The notes under the pieces are model-generated. The model made no database searches. It was not told where the DNA came from and was given only the letters and a program-made list of their open reading frames with translations. A stretch of 64,000 bases of DNA from the human T2T-CHM13v2.0 reference genome, Homo sapiens. Below are positions 19,501-31,321 of this stretch, piece after piece (positions within the stretch are counted from its first letter, which is position 1; every line of letters starts with the position of its first letter). The DNA lies in the NCBI RefSeq assembly GCF_009914755.1, contig NC_060929.1; one strand, 5' to 3'. The position numbers and the translations under genes are program-made.

Positions 19501-21905
19501 CTATATCCCAGAGATTCTGGTGTTTTGTATCTCTGTTCTCATTCTGTCTTAATTTCATTACTTACCCAAAAGTCATTCAGGGTGGGTCATTTAATTTCCA
19601 CTTAATTGTATGGTTCTGAGCAATTTAATTAGTCTTGATTTCTATTTTTATTGTGCTGGGGTCCAAGAGAGTGGTTGGTATGATTTCAGTTCTTTTACAT
19701 TTTCTGAGGATTGTTATATATCTGATTTTGTGGTTGATTTTAGAGTATGTGCCATGTGGCAATGAGAAGAATGTATATTCTGTTGTTTTTTTGGTGAAGA
19801 GGTCTGTTGATGCCTCTCAGGTCTATTTGGTCTAGCATTGAGTTCAGGTCCTGAACATCTTTGTTAATTTTCTGCCTTGACAACCTTTCTAACACTTTCG
19901 GTGAGGTGTTGAAGTCTTCCACTATTAATTGGTGGGGGTCTAAGGCTCTTTGAAGGTCTCTAAGAATTTAATTTATAAATCTGGTTGTTTCTGTGTTGAA
20001 TGCAGATATATTTAGGATAGTTAGGTCTTCTTGTTGAATTGAACCTTTCACCATTATGTAAAGCCCCTCTTTGTTTTTTACAATATTTGTTTATTTAAAG
20101 TCTGAAATTAGAATTGCAACCCCTTCAGTTTTTCATTCATTTTCCCCTTCAGTTTCCATTCGCTTGGTAGATTTTTCTTCATCTATTTTTGAGTCTATTG
20201 GTGTCATTGTATGTGAGACACATTTCTTGAAGACAGCATATCATTCGGTCTTGCTTTTCTATTCAGCTTGCCACTCTGTCTTTTCATTGGGGCATTTAAC
20301 CCATTTACATTCAAGGTTACTATTGCTATATGTGGATTTGATCCTGTCATCATGTTGTTAGCTGTTTATTATGCTGACTTGTTTGTGTGATTGCTTTATA
20401 GTGTCAATGGTTTGCATACTTAAGTGCATTTTTGTAGTGGCTGGTAATGGTCTTTCCTTTCCATATTTAGTGCTTCTTTCAGGAGCTCTTGTAAGGCAGG
20501 TCTGGTGGTAAAAAATTCCCTCATAATTTTCTTGTTTGAAAATGATTTTATTTCTACTTCACTTATGAAGCTTAGTTTGGCTGGCTATGAATTTGATTGG
20601 AATTTCTTTTCTTTTAGAATGTTGAATATAGGCTCCCAGTCTCTTCTGGCTTGTAGGGTTTCTGCTGAGAAGTCTGCTGTTTCTGCTAAGAGGTCTAGCT
20701 TGTAGGGTTCCTGCTGATAGGTCTTCTAATAAGCTTTCCTTTGTAGATGGCCTGTCCTTTCTCTCTAGCTGCCTTTGACATTGTTTTTTCATTTTGAAGT
20801 TGGAGAATCCTATGATTATGTCTTAGGGATGATGTTTTTGTGAAGCACTTTGTGAGAGTTTCCTGCATTTTCTAAATTTGAATGTTGTCCTCTCTACATA
20901 GGTTGTGAAAGTTTTCATAGATGATATCCTGAAATATGTTTTCTAAGTTGCTTCCATCCTCCCTATCTCTTTCAGGGATGATAGTGAATTGTAGATTTGG
21001 TCTCTTTACATAATTGCATATTTTTGTTCATTTTGTTTGTTCCTTTTTATTCTTTTCTCTTTCATGTTTTCTTTCTGTCTTGTTTCAGAAACCCAATCTT
21101 CAAGCTCTGAGATTATTTCTTCAGCTTGATCTATCCTGCTGTTAATACTTGTGATTGCATTATGAAATTCTCATAGTGTGTTTTTATCTCTATCAAGTCA
21201 GTTATGTTCTTTTCTATACTGGCTACTTTATCTTCCAGATCCCGTATACTTTGTGATTCCTAGCTTCCTTAGAATGAGTTTCAACGTTCCCCTGAATCTT
21301 GATTTTTGTTCCTATCCATATTCTGAATTCTATTTCAGTCACTTCAGCCATCTAAGACTGGTTAAGGACCCTTGCTGGAGAACTAGTGAGGTTGTTTGAA
21401 GGAAAGAAGACCTTATGGCCTTTTGAATTGTCAGAGTTCTCGTGCTGCTTTTTTATCTTTGTGGGCTGATGCTCCTTTAATCCTTGAAGTTCCTGTCCTT
21501 TGGATTTTTTTTTCTTTTATCCTATTTGATGACCTTGAGGGTTTGCTTGTTGTATAAGGTGGGTTCATTCAACTGGCTTTGTTTCTGGAAGATTTTAGAA
21601 GGCAAAGGCTCAGCTCAGGACTCCTGGACTGTGTGGCCTAACTCCTGGGGACCAGTATTGGGCACTGGCTTTGTTCTCTGGCTCCTCAAGGTAGAAACAT
21701 GCTGTGCTGGAGGGGTCAAGGTGCTCCTGGACTGCTGGTCACAACACTCCAATGGACGGTGGCAGCCAAAGCACTTTGTAGGGCAGTGGCAATGGGATCC
21801 ATCCTGTTTGCACATACCAGCAACAGCAGCAGCGGCAGCATGGCAGAGTGCATGCTTTTTGGCTGTGGCAGGGTGCTGGCAGGTACTGGGGTGCTAGCCT
21901 CCATG
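16583..21905 (-). mobile_element. L1 (L1PA13-16-like): 3'UTR, ORF2, ORF1 and part of the 5'UTR; sense to SLCO6A1
   Basis: Antisense 3' end ggatacatatgcaggttagttatataggtaaacttgtgtc; ORF2 fragments in minus-strand ORFs 18263..18610 and 18807..19052. Confidence 0.9.
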
Positions 21906-22185
21906 GGGGAGCTAGTGAGGTTTTTTGAAGGAAAAAAGACATTCCAGCTTTTTGAGTTGTCGTAGTTCTTGTGTTCTTTAAAGGATACAATATTTAAAAT
22001 TATTATAGTTGCACAAGCTTCTCTTTTGGTTAGCATTTGTATCTTTCGTCTATCCTTTCACTTTCAACCTTTTCATGTCCCCATATTTAAGGAGTGCCTC
22101 TTGTTAGTAACATATATTGAAATTTTTTTCCCAATCTGACATTCTTTAGACTATTTATATTTAACATAACTACTAATATATTTAT

Positions 22186-25100
22186 TGGGTGAAAACTTTC
22201 TGTATATCTTGCAAGCAGAAGCACTGACTGCTCTTTGTTCTCCACTATCTTTTCAAGGATATTTATACGATGAGTAGCCTTGAATAATAAGGATAGTATT
22301 TCCACGTAGAGCACAGGACAACTTTGCTTAGAATTTTGGAAGACAGAGAGAGTGTCCCCTCTGGACACTCTTTATCAAGTATAATGCCTCCCTCTGGAGC
22401 CAAAGACAAGCATAATTACTGCCCACTATAAAAGACCTGGGTTCCCTAACCTCAAGATTTCTTTCATGTAATGCAACTCATTGTGTGTACAGATATCACC
22501 TGGCCTCTTTTCACATCACCCTTTGGAAACTGGAGCTCAGAAACCTAGCAGGAACTCTCATTACTGCTATTGCTGTGAGTCATAAACTTTATTTCATCTC
22601 TGACCAAGAAGTTTGGTGTCTTCTTCCAGCACACATGAAACTAAGTTAGGTTAACTTGTTAGCTTACAGATAGGATGAAATTCAAACCCATTACAGATCT
22701 GAGCACTCTTGGCAACAACGATGGGATGCTAACAGAGACGTGGCTTTCTGTAGCTGCAAGCTGAAGTAGGTTTAAAGACAGCTCCATAGAAAGTACCATA
22801 GGTCTTATCAACTCTTCTCTAGGCAAGCAAACTTCCTTGTCAATCTGGCCATCAGCTTCAGGACTGCCCCACTGTAAAAACTATTACTATTTTTTTTTCT
22901 TATTAGACAGAAGATTCCTTCTGCTTTCAAGTTACAGATAACAGTTCCAGCAATGTGCAATTACCCTGAGTGTAAAAAGAAAAAAAATTATAGCCACTAT
23001 GAGCAGAGACCAGGTGAATTATCAGAATTTTAGTTCATTTTCTTGGGACATGATAAAGTGCAGTACATAATTTCTTGTTTAAACAAAATAGCCAATAGCT
23101 GGGTTGACTGGAGGTCCAGCTCCTCTTCCAGTCTATCATGCCAATCTTGGATCCATTTTAAGACAATAAAAGACCTCAGAGTTTTTTGTAGTGTGTCCTG
23201 ACTGCTATAAAGTAGCTTTGCTGTGACCCTCTTAGGAAGATTTTCCTAAGACAAATAAAATTCCTGTGTGAAATCATAGATGAGGCATTGAATAGATTTT
23301 GAACTCTCATCATTCCTGAAAAGAATGTGAAGTAAGCTTGTGGGTGGTACTCTGGACAATTTCAATGCATGTTTGTTGTAGCCTCAATATACTGATGCTG
23401 TAGCTTCAATTTCTAAATATATAATTAGTATTTATATTCTATAATATTATACTATGACTGCTGTTAAACTCCAGAAGTGATAATGGAACACATGAATTGT
23501 TACCCAACGTGCCTCCCTGTTTCCTCTCACACGGTCTAACAGAAACAATGTAGAATCCAAGAAGCAGAAAGGAAAGTCCTAGCTTTGAGTATATAAGGTA
23601 GCAGGGGTACTAAGAAATGCAGTATTTCCATTCAACACACATCATGGCCAGTGTAAAAGGTTATCAGGACCAGGTGTGGTGGCTCACGCCTTTAATCCCA
23701 GCACTTTGGGAGGCCAAGGCGGGCAGATCACCTGATGTCGGGAGTTCGCGACCTGCCTGAGCAACATGGAGAAACCCCGTCTCTACTAAAAAATACAAAA
23801 TTAGCTGGGCGTGGTGGTGCATGCCTATAATCCCAGCTACTCGGAAGGCTGAGGCAGGAGAATCGCTTGAACCTGGGAGGTGGAGGTTGTGGTGAGCCTA
23901 GATTACATCATTGCACCCCAGCCTGGGCAACAAGAGTGAAACTCCATCTCAAAAAAAAAAAAAAAAGTTATCAGGAGCTGGAGCTGGAGGTTTATAGTGG
24001 ATTGATTATTGTTGATTTCAGTTATTGCTCTTATAACCCTGGCTGTTCCAGGCATTGTGATGTAACCAAATCTACTACACAGACTGATTACATTTAATAT
24101 ACTGTATTAGACTTTGCCAAGACATTCTTTTCTATCCCATTGGCACCCAAGGACAAAGACTAATTCTCATTCATGCTTAAAAACCACAAATATACCTTTA
24201 CAGTAAGAATACTGTAATATTCTTTAGTTATTCCTCAGGAGTACCTAAAGCTCTGCCATTGGCTACAAGAAGGTGCATAAGAATTTAGTGTGATTCCCAT
24301 TACCTTCTGATGCCTAAACCTTTCACTGATAGATGATATGCAGTTGGCTAGAGACTCTCAAGCCTTAGACTCAATGGCTCTAACTTTGGTATTATCACAC
24401 CTTCACCTGCAAGGGTAACTGATAAATCCCAACAAAACCCAAAGACTGCACATCAAGTTTCTGGGGGACTATGCAAATGGATTCACAATGCTCAATTACT
24501 CTGGAAGTCAAGCAAAAAAATGTCTCATTTCCCTCCAACCAAAAGGGAACCTAATGTCACTTTGGACTCTGGGTATCAGAGATGGTAGATGTCTGTCTTG
24601 GGCATTCTTTTATAACAGCTAACTTACAGGGAGTGTAATTCGCAAACCTACATTGAAGCTGATAAGCAAGCTGTGGCATACTCTCTTCTTTGAGCTGCTA
24701 GAAATTTAATGATCCCCATGAGCTACAAATCTCCATGACTGATAATTTCATGGACTGCAGCCTCTAGATAAAAGATATAGGCTCCATTCAGAAACACCTG
24801 CTGTTGTATAACACTCACTGACTCCCTAAAACAGCTACCATTTGAAAAGCAACTACTAGCTTACACTGCCATCTTGTCAAAACCAAAGTCCTAACTTACA
24901 GCAATCTTTTGACTTTGTGAACTTATATTCTCATTTTGGGATGAACTAAACCAGCCTCATAACTATTTGACAAGCCTTACTTGTCAAATGGAAATGATAG
25001 ATTCAAGAACATAGGGGTGGTCATAAAAGATCATCAAGTGTTTATATCACCACCAGCAGATCACATAGCTCTTAGAAGATTAGAAATTTCTCTAAAATGA

Positions 25101-25690
25101 AGTTACACTCAGTTACTCAAGGGAGCTTCCTGGCAAGATTAGTGGTATGCTATTCATACACAGCCTTACTGAAGCCATCTTTATGATGAGAGTAATACAA
25201 TTAGAAACTATAGGGCAAAATTTGTCTGTGACTTGACTTGAAATAATCAATGACACCACCTCATTCCTGGAAAGCACTCTGCTCAGCCTCACTTACTGAT
25301 CAACATTATTACAGATGATAAAATTACCCCAAATTTCATTCTTGCCAAGGTAGAATTTGCAATTGCTAATGTATTCTGTTATACTTTGATATCTCAGGCT
25401 AAGTGGAAAGGTCAGTAGAGAAACTTAAGGAGAAAGCCACCTGATTTTTTAAGATAGACCTTGATGGCTTAAGGATTTGTTCAGCTGGCTAGATCCAGGA
25501 GCTTGAGGGAGTCAATACTGCATGTAGCCTTACCCTGGTTCTTGGAATCCATTGATAATAGCCTTAATTAAATATAATAAGAAACAAATGGAATGAATTT
25601 ACTCCTCACATTCTGCTGATTTGATTAATCAGAGTGCCCCAAACCTGGTGTGCTCATGAAAAAATTTGTCATTATGGCCATTGAAAGCTG
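22186..25690 (+). mobile_element. ERV-L-class provirus relic (MER76-like LTR about 22186-22705, degenerate gag/pol, env TM); no 3' LTR seen
   Basis: LTR-like block with TATAAAA followed by tggcaacaacgatgggat; RT motif TVLDFAKTFFSIPLAP at 24101; YTFTV..IPQEYL; FEKQLLA; LVKWK*; env-like segment at 25189-25490. Confidence 0.8.
23668..23967 (+). mobile_element. AluSp-like element inserted in the ERV pol
   Basis: Full Alu with aacatggagaaaccccg; gttatcagga on both flanks. Confidence 0.92.
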
Positions 25691-26009
25691 ATCTATTTTG
25701 GCTTTTTGGATAATTTGCAGTCAGACAAGCCTTTTATAAAAAATGTACTCCATAAAAGGTTTAGATTTATACTCAGGATTTCTGCACATCTTATTTGCTT
25801 TCTATTTTGCCCACATGCTTTTTGTTTTCTGTCATTCCTTTCTTTTTTTAATTAATTAAATGTTTCCTATTAATATAGTCTCTTACTACTACTACTTTAT
25901 TGGTTATCCTCAAAGTTACTGGATGCATCCTTGACCTTTTACACCCTAAAATAAATCATTGCATTTACAACTTTCCTATTAATGCTAAAACTTTAAAACA
26001 TTTAATTCC

Positions 26010-26600
26010 ATTTGCAACCTCTTTTGGAGAGCCAATTCTCAATATCTCATAAAATTGTAAATGTACACAATAGCAATTTCCCTTCAATGTCTAAACTTAC
26101 ATCAACTTTTACAAATGTACAGAAGGAGATATCAACAAACCTTTTCATTACTACGCTGGTTGGAAGAGAGAAAAAGTGGGAGGCAACAACATATCCATTA
26201 ATTGGATAATACATAAACAATAGTATACTCATAAAATAGGATCATAAAATAAAATAGCAAACTGAAATGCATTAAATAGATATAGATCAACACAAATCTA
26301 AAGAACATAATTTCTGATGAAAAAATAAGCTGCAGAAGAGTATATATAAAGTGATACATAAATTTTAGAAATAGGTGTATATAGACAAGCACATAAGCAG
26401 TAAAGATGTACAAACATGCATGGGAATGATTCACTCTGACTTCAGAAGAGTGATTACCTGTGAAAAGGAATGAAGATAAATGGGATAAAGGAGGAACACG
26501 GAAGTTTTTACAAGGATTTATATGTTAAAAATATTGACACTATGATGGCAAAGTGCTCATATTTGTAAAATCTGCACAAATCATATCTAGGTATATAATT
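26010..26600 (+). mobile_element. L1ME-like 3' end fragment
   Basis: caacacaaatctaaagaacataatttctgatgaaaaaataagctgcagaaga-type motif. Confidence 0.6.
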
Positions 26601-26691
26601 CTTTATATTTTTATTTATTTCAAGTATTTCATAAGTACATACAATAAGACAGTGCAAAATTTTTGAAATGACAATAAGAAGGTAAATCTAC

Positions 26692-26836
26692 CTGCAAGTG
26701 TAGTTGCCACAGTGGGTGTTAATATAAACTGATTTTCTAAATATATAGGCAAAAATTCAGAAGCTCCAATAATAACTAAATATTCTGTAGCTTTTGACAG
26801 AGCTAGGCATATGAGCACTGGATTCTTCATCAGAAT
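26692..26836 (-). CDS. SLCO6A1: SLCO6A1 coding exon (probably exon 7), 145 bp: ILMKNPVLICLALSKATEYLVIIGASEFLPIYLENQFILTPTVATTLA(G)
   Basis: tttcag|ATT...GCA G|gtagat; 144+1 nt; FLPxYLExQF is typical of OATPs; lies in ORF 26615..26830. Confidence 0.96.
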
Positions 26837-26962
26837 CTGAAATAAAAATAAGTTATATATCTATTATTTTATTTTGTTAGATAAAGAGGAATAGACAGAA
26901 CCAAATGCTAATGATCTGTCTACAAAAATTTACCATTCCCAATCTAAACTGAAAAGATAATT

Positions 26963-26996
26963 GATAGATAGATGATAGATAGATAGATAGATAGAT
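26963..26996. repeat. (GATA)n microsatellite
   Basis: gatagatagatgatagatagatagatagatagat. Confidence 0.9.
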
Positions 26997-28069
26997 CAGA
27001 CAGATCCAAACAGCAATCTATGATTCACCAATATACAAATTCTATAAAAGAAAGTTTGTTTTTGACCATTTAAATTTTGATTTGCTCTTCATACTACTTT
27101 AATTTTTATTTATGGGCTTGGAATTTTTTTGTAAAGATTAGAGAAAAATAGGTAAATTATTAACCATATATCTAGAATTTCTCCTTACTTTTGCTTCTCT
27201 ACTTATTTTTTTAAGCAAGTCTTTTTTATTCAACTAAAACACAAACAAAGAAAATTTAAGCAATACTCAAGAAAAACCAGTAGGACTGCAGAAAATGTTT
27301 TATATTTTACTCCTGGAAATCTACCTATACAAATAATTAAGTTATTTAAATTTTGCATTTTGGTAAACTTGTGGAACTTATTTAGAAGGCTAAGATGTGA
27401 TGGTTTATTATTATCTAATATACTACACAGAGTAATTAAAAAGATAGTAAAATATTAACTTTCAAATTAGTTTCTGTATTTCCTTGGTTATGCGTATCTC
27501 ACTGAAAATATATTTAGTGCTATTTTATGTTTACATATTTCTAATTTATTTAAATTTTCTTTTTCTGGCCCTAAACATCCCTGTTAGGTATGATCATAGT
27601 CTGCAAACTCAACTAGTTCAAATTCTCAGTGCTATCTGATTTTACATAGTGTGATTCTGCCATATTTATTCATTCCCATAATATTAAATACTTGTCTTGC
27701 CTTCAACTCTCTACCATCACAAACTACACTACATTAAACACCCCTGTGCATGTACTTTAAGGTCCAGTGATAGAGTGTCTCTAGAAGCATATATCCTAGA
27801 AAGGAATTCCTAGGGCATAAGGATTTAGCATACTTTATTCCACCATTTCTCCAGATTGTTCTCCAGAATGTATCAGGTTACACTAAAATGACTATACCAC
27901 CACAATGATGGTAGTGTTTCATTTTCTTCATTTAGCTTGTACTTTCTAAAAGTTATCAAAGAAATATTTATGGTTTAGCATGCCCATCCAGAACTATGTC
28001 ATTTCCACATAAAAAGGTCATTAAACTTGGAAAGGCTTTCTAATTGTCACAATGAAACAAATAATGCTA

Positions 28070-28860
28070 CATGACTTCTGAGGTTGGGTCGTAAAATGAA
28101 AATATGACTTTTGCTGGGATCTTTCACAGTCTCAGAACTTTTGCCTTGGGACTCAGTCACCATGTTGTAAAAAAGCCCAAGAGAGATGCAGAGGATATGT
28201 ATGGGTATTCTAGCAAACAGACAGTATCAAAAAACTATAGAGCAAACAAGCCTTCAGATGGTTCCATTCTCCAGACTTTGATCACTCTAGCTCAGGGATC
28301 CCCAGCCTCTATAGAAAGAGTAAGAGGCCAGTCCATTGCCTGTTAGGAAACAAGCCGTGCAGCAGGAGGTGAGTGGCAGGCGCGCTCTGCATCCTGTTAG
28401 ATCAGCAGCGGCATTAAATTATCATAGGAGCACAAACCCTATTGTGAACTGCACATGTGAGGGATTTAGGTTGTGCGATCCCCATGAGAATCTAATACCT
28501 GTTTATCTGTCACTATCTCCCATCACCCCTAGATGGGATGGTCTAGTGGCAGGAAAACAAGCTTAGGGCTCCCACTGATTCTACTTTATGGTGAGTGTGT
28601 AATAATAATAGAAATAAAGTGCACAATAAATGCCATGAGCTTGAATCATCCTAAAACCAGCGCCTCCATCCCAGAAAAAATTTCTTCCACAAAACTGGTC
28701 CCTGGTGTCAAAATGTTGGGGACTGCTGCTCTAGTTGACCCCAAGTATAGTTGAGAGGGACAAGCCCTGTCCAAATTGCATTCTCATAAGCAAAATATAT
28801 TTTATATTGTTTTAATCCACTAAGTTATGGGGTAGTTTATTATGCAGAAGTAGATAACAT
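28070..28860 (+). mobile_element. MLT1 (MaLR) LTR split by MER1A
   Basis: gacttctgaggttgggtc...; end ttttaatccactaagttatggggtagtttattatgcagaagtagataac. Confidence 0.75.
28293..28728 (+). mobile_element. MER1A hAT-Charlie DNA transposon
   Basis: Termini cagggatcccc...ggggactgctg; 8-bp TSD ctctagct (28285-28292) / ctctagtt (28729-28736). Confidence 0.9.
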
Positions 28861-28864
28861 AATC

Positions 28865-29870
28865 ACAAACACTTGGTATTATTAGCTGGCTTTCAAAATG
28901 TTGCATTGGTAACAAGTATAAAGTAGTACCACAATGCTTTGTTTCCTATTTCTCTAATTTCAAATCTAATTGAAACTTTCTTTACACAGTTCTTAGCTAT
29001 TGGGATTCTTTTTGTGTGTATGAACTGGCTCTTTCTATCTCTGTTAGGCTTCCTGAAATTTGGGGGTAGATTTTCTAAAAATTGCTTGTGTATTCTAAAC
29101 ATTAATCACTTGGATTTAGATATCTGTCACCCATCTATTATTGTGGTCTACAGTTTCTTTCATAGAACAGAAATCCTTGACTTGATATATCTAATCCATA
29201 AAGTTCGAATTCATATTTAATATTATTGCAATCTTGTTTAACATTTTCCCACCTCTATACCACAGAGGTATTTCTTTCATTTTTACATTAACTGTGTTTT
29301 ATCTAATCACATTTTATTAACCTGGAAATCACTTTTATACATAATAGGAGGTAGAAATCCATGGTCATTTTTCACAAATAGCCCAATTGGCTATCACATC
29401 TACTGAACAATTATCTTTTCAGTGACTCTTTTATTACATAGCAAGTTCTTATGTGTAACATTTAGTCTGTTGCTGAATTCTCAGTTCTCTTACATTGATC
29501 TATTAATCTATATCAAGGAAATGCTACACTGTTTTTACTACAGTGGTTTTTCTAGTGAGTCTTAATGGGAAATAGGTCCAGTGCTCTTTGTTTTAGGTAT
29601 CCATTCCCTTATTCTGCCATACAAATTGTATAATCAGTTTCTCATTTTCTAAAAAAATAAAATTTTTGCCATAGTATTGATTATACTTGCATTGGATTCA
29701 TAGATTATTTAAGAAAAAACTAACATACATGAATATTGTCATTTCAAACATTAACATGGTTTAGCTATCAATTTATCCCAGTCATCTTTAATAATGTTGC
29801 ATAAAGTTTTAATTTTTTCATGAAGTTTTTTTAGCATCTCTGTTAAATAAATTTCTGAATTACAGTTTTG
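28865..29870 (-). mobile_element. Ancient L1ME-like ORF2 fragment
   Basis: Degenerate antisense ORF2 motifs (gctacactgtttttactacagtgg, attctgccatacaaattgtataatcagttt). Confidence 0.6.
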
Positions 29871-30856
29871 TGATTACTTTTTACTTTACTTTTACTTTAT
29901 TAGCTAATTTTAAATGTAGATTATTCTTTTTATTTATTCTATAGTTTTTTTATTTTACCTTTATTTTTTATTTACTTATTTTATGTAGTAGATTCAAATA
30001 TTGATTAACTAGAGAATTACAGCTTTTTTCATACGTTCTTCTAGCTCACAAATGTTATTTATTCATTTATTTTAAAATAATTATTGAGAACTGAATATTA
30101 AGCACATTTACCCTAAAGAGAGTTATAGCTATATCCTATGATTTTATATAAAAATATTGGTCTGTACTAGCTGCAACAGGCAGAATAAGAAACAAATCTA
30201 GTTTTTAATCTTGGCCCTGGAACTGATTTTTGGAGCATCAATAAGCAAATCACAGTTTCTCCATATCTCGTTTTTAGGAAGTATTATATTACACTAGGCA
30301 GATTTCTGGATTTAGAGTCAAATACAACACTTATTCTTATGCTCTTAGCCTCAATTAAGCCACAAGTAATGGATATGTGTGTTTGTGTGTGTATGTGTGT
30401 GCATAACCTATGTTGTTTTGGAAAAATTACTCATTCTTTTTAAATTACTGGTTCACTATCTGTAAACGAGAAACAATAATGTCTATTTTTTTGAGTGGTT
30501 ATGATAATTGAATACATGTAATGGTTTAATACAACTTCTGGCACATAACAAGTGTCCAGTAAAAATAAACATTAATTTCTTAATTTATAAAATTAAAGGA
30601 TTGCACGGGATTACGAGATTTGTTGTTTGCAAACTTTAGCGTGCCTTGAATTATCTACATGGTATAAAACACAGATCGCAGCTCCTATTCCAGATTTCTG
30701 AATCTGGAATGTGTTTAAGCTCTTTCAGATTAAAAGGAACAGACGCTGTTAATTCCACTGATGCAATTTATCATAAGGTTAAACATAAAAGTAAGAAAAC
30801 GAATACACTTTCTCAGTAGCTAAACAATTCAGCATTCATAAAGAAATGAGACAACG

Positions 30857-31321
<465 letters not shown>

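Noticed and set aside
30170-30720. Possible MIR and MER5 fragments (and an L2-like stretch at about 43100-43520)
   Set aside because: Too diverged to delimit reliably by eye.
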